Virus record (IMG/VR): IMGVR_UViG_3300037313_002212 | Location: 1 to 32,201 of that record | Source of the DNA: a virus | Lineage: Duplodnaviria; Caudoviricetes | Length of the DNA: 32,201 nucleotides | Strand: one strand, 5' to 3' | In this document: positions 27,525 through 32,201 of the stretch, piece by piece | Layout of the letters: the number at the start of each line of letters is the position of its first letter | Numbering within the stretch: the stretch's first letter is position 1 | Notes under the pieces: generated by a model | The model's database searches: none | What the model saw: the letters and a program-made list of their open reading frames with translations, nothing else | Told to the model about the DNA's origin: nothing | Program-made: the position numbers and the translations under genes

Positions 27525-27776
27525 ATGCTTATCGGTGCTAACCAGGCATTGATTACAGTTGATATCTTGTATTGGATGCCAAATTACAATCATATTCTTC
27601 AAGAATTTCTGTGGCAGACGATCGACATTAAGCCAAATTATCCACGCGTAAATAGGTTCCTCTATTTCTGGCACCATGAAATTGATGCTGTGATAAAAGA
27701 GATTAGATTGATGGATTCATCAGGCGCTGATATGAGAGCGGCATTTCAACTTTATGATAAGATGATAAAAGCATGA
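27525..27776 (+). CDS. usg: Usg-like family protein
   Basis: T.DILY.MP....ILQ.F.WQ..D..P.YP....FL.FW..EI...I..I matches the Usg family pattern; TAAATA at 27518. Confidence 0.75.
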   Translation: MLIGANQALITVDILYWMPNYNHILQEFLWQTIDIKPNYPRVNRFLYFWHHEIDAVIKEIRLMDSSGADMRAAFQLYDKMIKA

Positions 27777-28153
27777 GCATGCGGCACTGGATTAACCTCG
27801 TTGAAGCAAGGCAGACACGGAACAGTACTGGAAAGAGTGTACAGCCTACTGATTGGGAAATTGAGAAGGCCAAACTTGATGCAGAGGATGCTGCCCACGC
27901 TGCTGAACTAGCACGCCGCACAGAATATTATAGGCCATTTAAAGAATTGCAACGGGCGGCAGATGCTGAAGATTTCTATCCCGCGGTGGCAGCATTAACG
28001 GACGCTGAGGGCAATGCCGCAGAGACTGAAGGTGTCGAATATGATTCGGCTGAATATTGGCAGGCAGCTCTCAATTCAATTTGTGAGACCGAACCTTTCA
28101 ACTCAGACCCCAAAGTTAGGCAGTGGTTTGAGGATCATGGTTATAGGTGGTAG
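27773..28153 (+). CDS. Hypothetical acidic protein
   Basis: 126-aa ORF with ATGA overlap to the usg-like gene. Confidence 0.65.
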   Translation: MSMRHWINLVEARQTRNSTGKSVQPTDWEIEKAKLDAEDAAHAAELARRTEYYRPFKELQRAADAEDFYPAVAALTDAEGNAAETEGVEYDSAEYWQAALNSICETEPFNSDPKVRQWFEDHGYRW

Positions 28154-28166
28154 GATAATTTAAAAT

Positions 28167-28601
28167 ATGGCAGCCAAACTCGAAATCACTAAAAGGGGCT
28201 ATTCTAAGGATCGTTATGAAGCGGAACGTCTGAAAGAATTGGCGAAATGTATGATTGATCCGATCTACTTTATCGAGAAGTATGTGATGATCCAACACCC
28301 AATTGAAGGAAGAGTACCGTTCAAGCCTTACAAATTCCAGATTGAAATGTTGAAGGCATTTCATGAACACAGGAATGTCATTTGTTTAACATCACGTCAG
28401 ATGGGTAAGTGCAACACATACGATACCGAAATAAAAAAAGGACTTTATAAGGTAAAAATAGGTGATTTGATACAATTGACACTTAAGGAACGTATAATCG
28501 CGTGGCTAGAGCGCAAAATGGTAGATGCCGCTAGAAAGCCTAGCGGCATCTCCTTTCTCAACTTTCCGGTTCCGGGATTTATAGCCCCTCCGTTTCCTTA
28601 A
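28167..28601 (+). CDS. terL: Terminase large subunit N-terminal fragment (81 aa) fused to split-intein N-half (63 aa)
   Basis: E..KC..DPIYF...Y..I.HP..G..PF..Y.FQ, SRQMGK (T4 gp17 Walker A SRQLGKTT), then CNTYDTEI...VKIGDL and a stop. Confidence 0.92.
   Translation: MAAKLEITKRGYSKDRYEAERLKELAKCMIDPIYFIEKYVMIQHPIEGRVPFKPYKFQIEMLKAFHEHRNVICLTSRQMGKCNTYDTEIKKGLYKVKIGDLIQLTLKERIIAWLERKMVDAARKPSGISFLNFPVPGFIAPPFP
28410..28598 (+). mobile_element. Split intein N-fragment (IntN)
   Basis: Begins with Cys1 straight after the Walker A Lys; block A-like C...DT.I and KIGDL; lacks blocks B, F and G. Confidence 0.85.
28523..28551. terminator. 12-bp perfect hairpin between converging terL-N and endonuclease transcripts
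   Basis: AGATGCCGCTAG-aaagc-CTAGCGGCATCT. Confidence 0.6.
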
Positions 28602-29650
28602 TCCTCAAGAAAGAACTTCACGCATGCATTAATTGTTTCCTCGCGGTTTGTAGTGAAGTCCTTTTCCCACACAATAAACATTTTATAGCCTACACTTTCT
28701 ATGTTTTGCTGACGAATCTTGTCCGCTTCCCACCTTTCACACACTGGCATGACATCGTCCCATCCTTTAATGAGGTCATCGGCACCATAGATATTTGGGT
28801 TACCGTGCCAATAATCGCCATAAAATTCCAACACCTTCCTTTTATCAGTATGAATGCAATCAACCTTGGCCCATTTCTTCGGGCCTAAGCGTACCGTGTG
28901 CTCTGTGGTCAGTCCTGTAACATGTTCTGCAACAGCAGCTATCAGCTCTTTGCTAACCTTGCTCACGCCGAGGTACATGCCGGATTTTTTAAGGCTGTTA
29001 AGCCAGTCATTTTGTCGCCGCTGCCATACTACCATTCCCTCCTCTAGGCCATGTTTTTCTATGCAAATAGCCCTGTTGAACGTAGTTTGCCTTACTTTTT
29101 GAGCAGCTTTAGCCTCTTCTAAACTTAATCCCTTATTAAGGTGATACTGCAATTGATTAGGCCTCAGTTGATGATTCGGGTTCTCAGCCAGCCTCTGCTT
29201 ATTGGTTGTTTGAGCCCTTTCAACTCTATCAGTGTTCACGGCGTGCCATTTTGTCGAACAACTGAAGCAACAGAAAGCATCAAACTGCCAATTCTGAAAG
29301 CCGCATTTTCTTTCTCCACACTGCAGGCATTCAGGCCGATTTCTGGCATCACCATATTTTGGATCAGTTGTGTTCTCCCTCCACTCATTTGGCATATATT
29401 CTTCGCCATAGAGCATATAATATGCTTCGTCACTCCACCCCAATTTATTGATAGCTCGCGCCATATGCTTGCGCGAGAAATACCACTTACCGTCACGAAT
29501 ATTGAAGTAAAGCTTTTCATGGAATGTGAAACTTTTTTCGTTTAGATAGTAATTAGGATGAAACGTTTCGCCATGTTTTTCAAAACCTTTTACACCACCA
29601 TACATCTTCTCCTTGCATAGATTGCAGGTACGCATGTTAATAACAGTCAT
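28598..29650 (-). CDS. Vsr-like (EDxHD-type) homing endonuclease with N-terminal Cys motifs
   Basis: VD......VLEFYGDYWHGNP, D..R......GY...IVWE.D; CNLC, CLQC, FCCFSC upstream; RBS GGGAG. Confidence 0.85.
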   Translation of the reverse strand: MTVINMRTCNLCKEKMYGGVKGFEKHGETFHPNYYLNEKSFTFHEKLYFNIRDGKWYFSRKHMARAINKLGWSDEAYYMLYGEEYMPNEWRENTTDPKYGDARNRPECLQCGERKCGFQNWQFDAFCCFSCSTKWHAVNTDRVERAQTTNKQRLAENPNHQLRPNQLQYHLNKGLSLEEAKAAQKVRQTTFNRAICIEKHGLEEGMVVWQRRQNDWLNSLKKSGMYLGVSKVSKELIAAVAEHVTGLTTEHTVRLGPKKWAKVDCIHTDKRKVLEFYGDYWHGNPNIYGADDLIKGWDDVMPVCERWEADKIRQQNIESVGYKMFIVWEKDFTTNREETINACVKFFLED

Positions 29651-30008
29651 TTCAATCTCCCTTTAGATGGTCGATCAGGGAGTGGGAGATTGGATTAGAT
29701 ATTACTTAATTACGCTTGATCTCCTTCTTTTGGCAATGATTACAAGATGTTAGATGTCGTTACCTGACTGCTAGACAGATGGGACTACACTCGACTTTTC
29801 AAGAATACTTACCTGAAGTAAAATTATTCAATTTTGATTTCCTTTCGATGAACACATGCCGCTTAAATACAAGACAAAGCAGAGCGACACAGGAAGGGCT
29901 ATACGTGAGGATTTCCTGATACAAAACGCCTGATACAATTTTATCAATCATTTGGCTTCAGATTGATCGGACGACCGTGGAACCATATGGCATTAGGTAA
30001 CTAACAAA

Positions 30009-30200
30009 ATGCTCCTCGAAGATCAGAAATGCACCTTGTCTGTTGAACACCATGATGGTCAGATGTGGCTGTGCGTGAATGACCTAATGGCATCAGAGAA
30101 ATTGGCGCTATTTGTATCAGAAGATGCCGTAAAGGCATTCACAAAAGCCTATGGTATCCATTTTACTAAAGGCTACACAATGGGCAAAATGGGGATTTAG
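30009..30200 (+). CDS. Small hypothetical protein
   Basis: 63-aa ORF; AGGT upstream. Confidence 0.45.
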   Translation: MLLEDQKCTLSVEHHDGQMWLCVNDLMASEKLALFVSEDAVKAFTKAYGIHFTKGYTMGKMGI

Positions 30201-30218
30201 AGGTAAATATCTACCTAT

Positions 30219-30782
30219 GTGTCTCAGGAGTATCCCGCTTTGACCAGCAGTATAACCCGTGCAATCCTCAGCCAAATTTATGAGACCGATAAGCCCGGTG
30301 AAAACACCCCACTTACACCAGAGGAAAAGCAGCGTGCTCACGCCGCACTTGACCAATTACCCAATAGGCCACACCCATGGGACCACGAATTGCCAGTTGA
30401 CCAAAGGGAAATCACTGTGCATCCAACTGATGTTGGGTTCAAAAGACCTGAGCAAATGCATCTTGGTGGGGCATCGAAATATGGCAAAGGCTGGTCAAAA
30501 GTTGAACATCTACCGATCGATAAAATCAACTACGGCCAGCCCTACGTGCCAAAGGCTGGCATTAGGGCTTACATTGATAATATTAACAAGAATCCTGAAT
30601 TGCCTGAACTCGCACATGGATGGGGACAACCTGGCGAGTATCACGTTATCTCTGGGCACACAAGGCTGAGTGCCCAGGCTCTAGCTGGTCGCGACAAGAT
30701 CCCCGCTAAGGTGTACTACTACGAGCCGCGTCGTAACCGCCAGGGAAGGATGCAAAACATGCAAATAAGAGCGCCAAAATAG
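30219..30782 (+). CDS. ParB/sulfiredoxin N-terminal-like domain protein
   Basis: LPIDKI...Q, YHVISGHTRL.A...AG...IPA.V; TAAATA at 30204. Confidence 0.7.
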   Translation: MSQEYPALTSSITRAILSQIYETDKPGENTPLTPEEKQRAHAALDQLPNRPHPWDHELPVDQREITVHPTDVGFKRPEQMHLGGASKYGKGWSKVEHLPIDKINYGQPYVPKAGIRAYIDNINKNPELPELAHGWGQPGEYHVISGHTRLSAQALAGRDKIPAKVYYYEPRRNRQGRMQNMQIRAPK

Positions 30783-30797
30783 CGCTAAGTTTCCCCA

Positions 30798-31316
30798 CTA
30801 AACAGCGGCAATAAAGCTTTTCATTTCGACATTACCAGCACTGACGGTGCCAAGATTTAGCAACCGTGCGAGACTTTCGCGCCGTTGCGTATCGACAAGT
30901 TTGATAAGTGCGCCACCTAAGCCAAAATAATGGTCAGTGTATTCGATTAACCTCATATTTGGTAGGAGGTTGGGCTGAAGTTGTGCAACCGTGTCAAACG
31001 CTTCTTGCGGCGTTAAATCATGCTGGATAAGCACGGCGATAGCAACTGCAGTACTCCGGCTTTGACCGGCATTACAATGGATGAGAATTCTGTCATCATC
31101 ACCAAGATCCTCAGTGAATGCGAGGATCGTTTCGAGATGGCGAGGCTGTGGGTGCACGAGGCCGGGCATTGGATTGGTAATGTTATCGATGCGAAGCTTT
31201 AGGTCGGTGCTCCCTACGTCATAGTCGCCATCAACTATGCTTATGGTATAGGTTGGTTTGAATGCGTTCTTGCATTTTGCTATGTCATCAACTGCACAAA
31301 TCATTAATTGGAACAT
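30798..31316 (-). CDS. Cys-dependent protein tyrosine phosphatase-like protein
   Basis: CX5R loop ILIHCNAGQSRSTA, P...PN; AGGAG RBS; minus-strand TAAATA at 31342-31347. Confidence 0.85.
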   Translation of the reverse strand: MFQLMICAVDDIAKCKNAFKPTYTISIVDGDYDVGSTDLKLRIDNITNPMPGLVHPQPRHLETILAFTEDLGDDDRILIHCNAGQSRSTAVAIAVLIQHDLTPQEAFDTVAQLQPNLLPNMRLIEYTDHYFGLGGALIKLVDTQRRESLARLLNLGTVSAGNVEMKSFIAAV

Positions 31317-31391
31317 TGAACACTCCTTGTTTGTAGCTTGTTATTTAAGCCGATAAGTACTGAAAAACAAAAAGATGGATAATAGTATTGA

Positions 31392-31820
31392 ATGTTTAGG
31401 AAATTAAAGATCAAGTTGATACAGGGTTTGCTGTATCTTATCGACAGGGACCATAGGACCAAGGAAAGTATATACGTCGATAATATGAAGAAATTCACGC
31501 ACGTTGCATCGGCCTCATTTAAAAGTGACTTCGGCGTGGTGAACAATGTCTACCGCACTGTGCCTTATGAAGTATGGGAGTTGCGCACAGAAAAGCACCA
31601 GTTACTTGCAGCCGACCGCCATCGAATCGTGCTGCACGATTATTCGACGTGCTGGCTTGAAGATCTCAAAGAAGGTGATCGAGTGATGACCGAAACTGGC
31701 ATTGAATATGTAAAGTCATGCAAAAGTCTTGGTGTCCGAAGCCATATGTATTGTGTCGAGGTTGAATCGGATGATGAGATGAATCATCTATACCACACGA
31801 ATGGTATCCTCAGTCACAAT
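31392..31820 (+). mobile_element. Split intein C-fragment (IntC, up to 143 aa)
   Basis: Block B-like ADRH, DLKEGD.V, block F MYCVEV, block G NGILSHN followed by Thr+1. Confidence 0.9.
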
Positions 31821-32201
31821 ACAACCTGCGCTGCGTCATATATCCTCTGGAAAGCGATGTTTGAAGCCGATTCAACAATCCTTATTGCAGCAAACAAATT
31901 CGTCCAGGCGTTAGAAATTATGGACAAGGTGCGCTTCGCATATGAAAATTTAGAACAGGTCAACTGGCTGCGAGCTGGCATAGTTGAATATGCCAAAGGC
32001 ACAATTGTTTTTGACAATGGTTCAAGAATTGTCAGCCGTGCAACCGCGCCGGACGCTGGCCGTGGCCTTGCGCTAAGCCTGTTGTACTGCTTAGCTGGTG
32101 ATACTATGGTAACTGTCCGCGATAAAGAAACGAAAGAAGAGAAACAGATCAGTCTAATGGATCTTTATTCAGAACTATCGCAGACAACGCCGGATGATTT
32201 A
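31392..32201 (+). CDS. terL: Split-intein C-half fused to the terminase large subunit continuation, then a second intein; runs off the window (absent from the ORF track)
   Basis: Manual translation: MFRKLK...ADRH...MYCVEV...HLYHTNGILSHN|TTCAASYILW...ILIAANK...A.EI...V...YE.L...LRAGIVEY.KG.I.FDNGSRI......DAGRG.ALSLLY|CLAGDTMV... Confidence 0.92.
   Translation, partial: MFRKLKIKLIQGLLYLIDRDHRTKESIYVDNMKKFTHVASASFKSDFGVVNNVYRTVPYEVWELRTEKHQLLAADRHRIVLHDYSTCWLEDLKEGDRVMTETGIEYVKSCKSLGVRSHMYCVEVESDDEMNHLYHTNGILSHNTTCAASYILWKAMFEADSTILIAANKFVQALEIMDKVRFAYENLEQVNWLRAGIVEYAKGTIVFDNGSRIVSRATAPDAGRGLALSLLYCLAGDTMVTVRDKETKEEKQISLMDLYSELSQTTPDDL
32088..32201 (+). mobile_element. Second terL intein, N-terminal part (truncated by the window end)
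   Basis: CLAGDTMVTVRD.....KQISLMDLY is a canonical block A, inserted after SLLY where the Walker B acidic residues are expected. Confidence 0.88.

Noticed and set aside
28602-31391. Group I/II intron or simple pseudogene as the explanation for the interrupted terL
   Set aside because: Both flanks carry complementary intein motifs (Cys1 and HN-Thr) that restore Walker A exactly; the gap has genes on both strands and no intron core that I can recognise.
31304-32017. Minus-strand ORFs 31304-31546 and 31814-32017
   Set aside because: Shadows of the plus-strand IntC-terL frame that the ORF track missed because it has no stop in the window.
1-32201. CRISPR array, tRNA genes, or stop-codon reassignment
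   Set aside because: No regularly spaced repeats or cloverleafs seen by eye; conserved genes are full length in the standard code and end in TAA, TAG and TGA.

Overview
This window is part of a large T4-related (jumbo-type) myophage genome. The host is inferred to be an alphaproteobacterium, based on the Usg-like, ExeA-like, GH15 and DedA cargo. It holds the late structural and packaging module: neck gp13/gp14-like, tail terminator gp15-like, a 989-aa sheath, tail tube, tube-like baseplate protein, gp4 head completion, a probable TerS and TerL. These genes are interleaved with NAD-salvage genes, a lysozyme, a dNMP kinase, host-like envelope and metabolic genes, and three free-standing endonucleases. 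A TAAATA late-promoter motif precedes many genes. Two features stand out. (1) The large terminase is a fractured gene. TerL breaks at its Walker A (RQMGK|TT) with an atypically split intein (short IntN, long IntC). The halves lie about 2.8 kb apart and flank a Vsr-like endonuclease plus three cargo genes. A second intein starts just before the expected Walker B and runs off the window. (2) About 330 nt at 14880-15212 are densely base-paired, with a multi-stem, possibly pseudoknotted structure that I cannot assign to a known RNA family. All functional calls come from motif recognition by eye; no searches were run.
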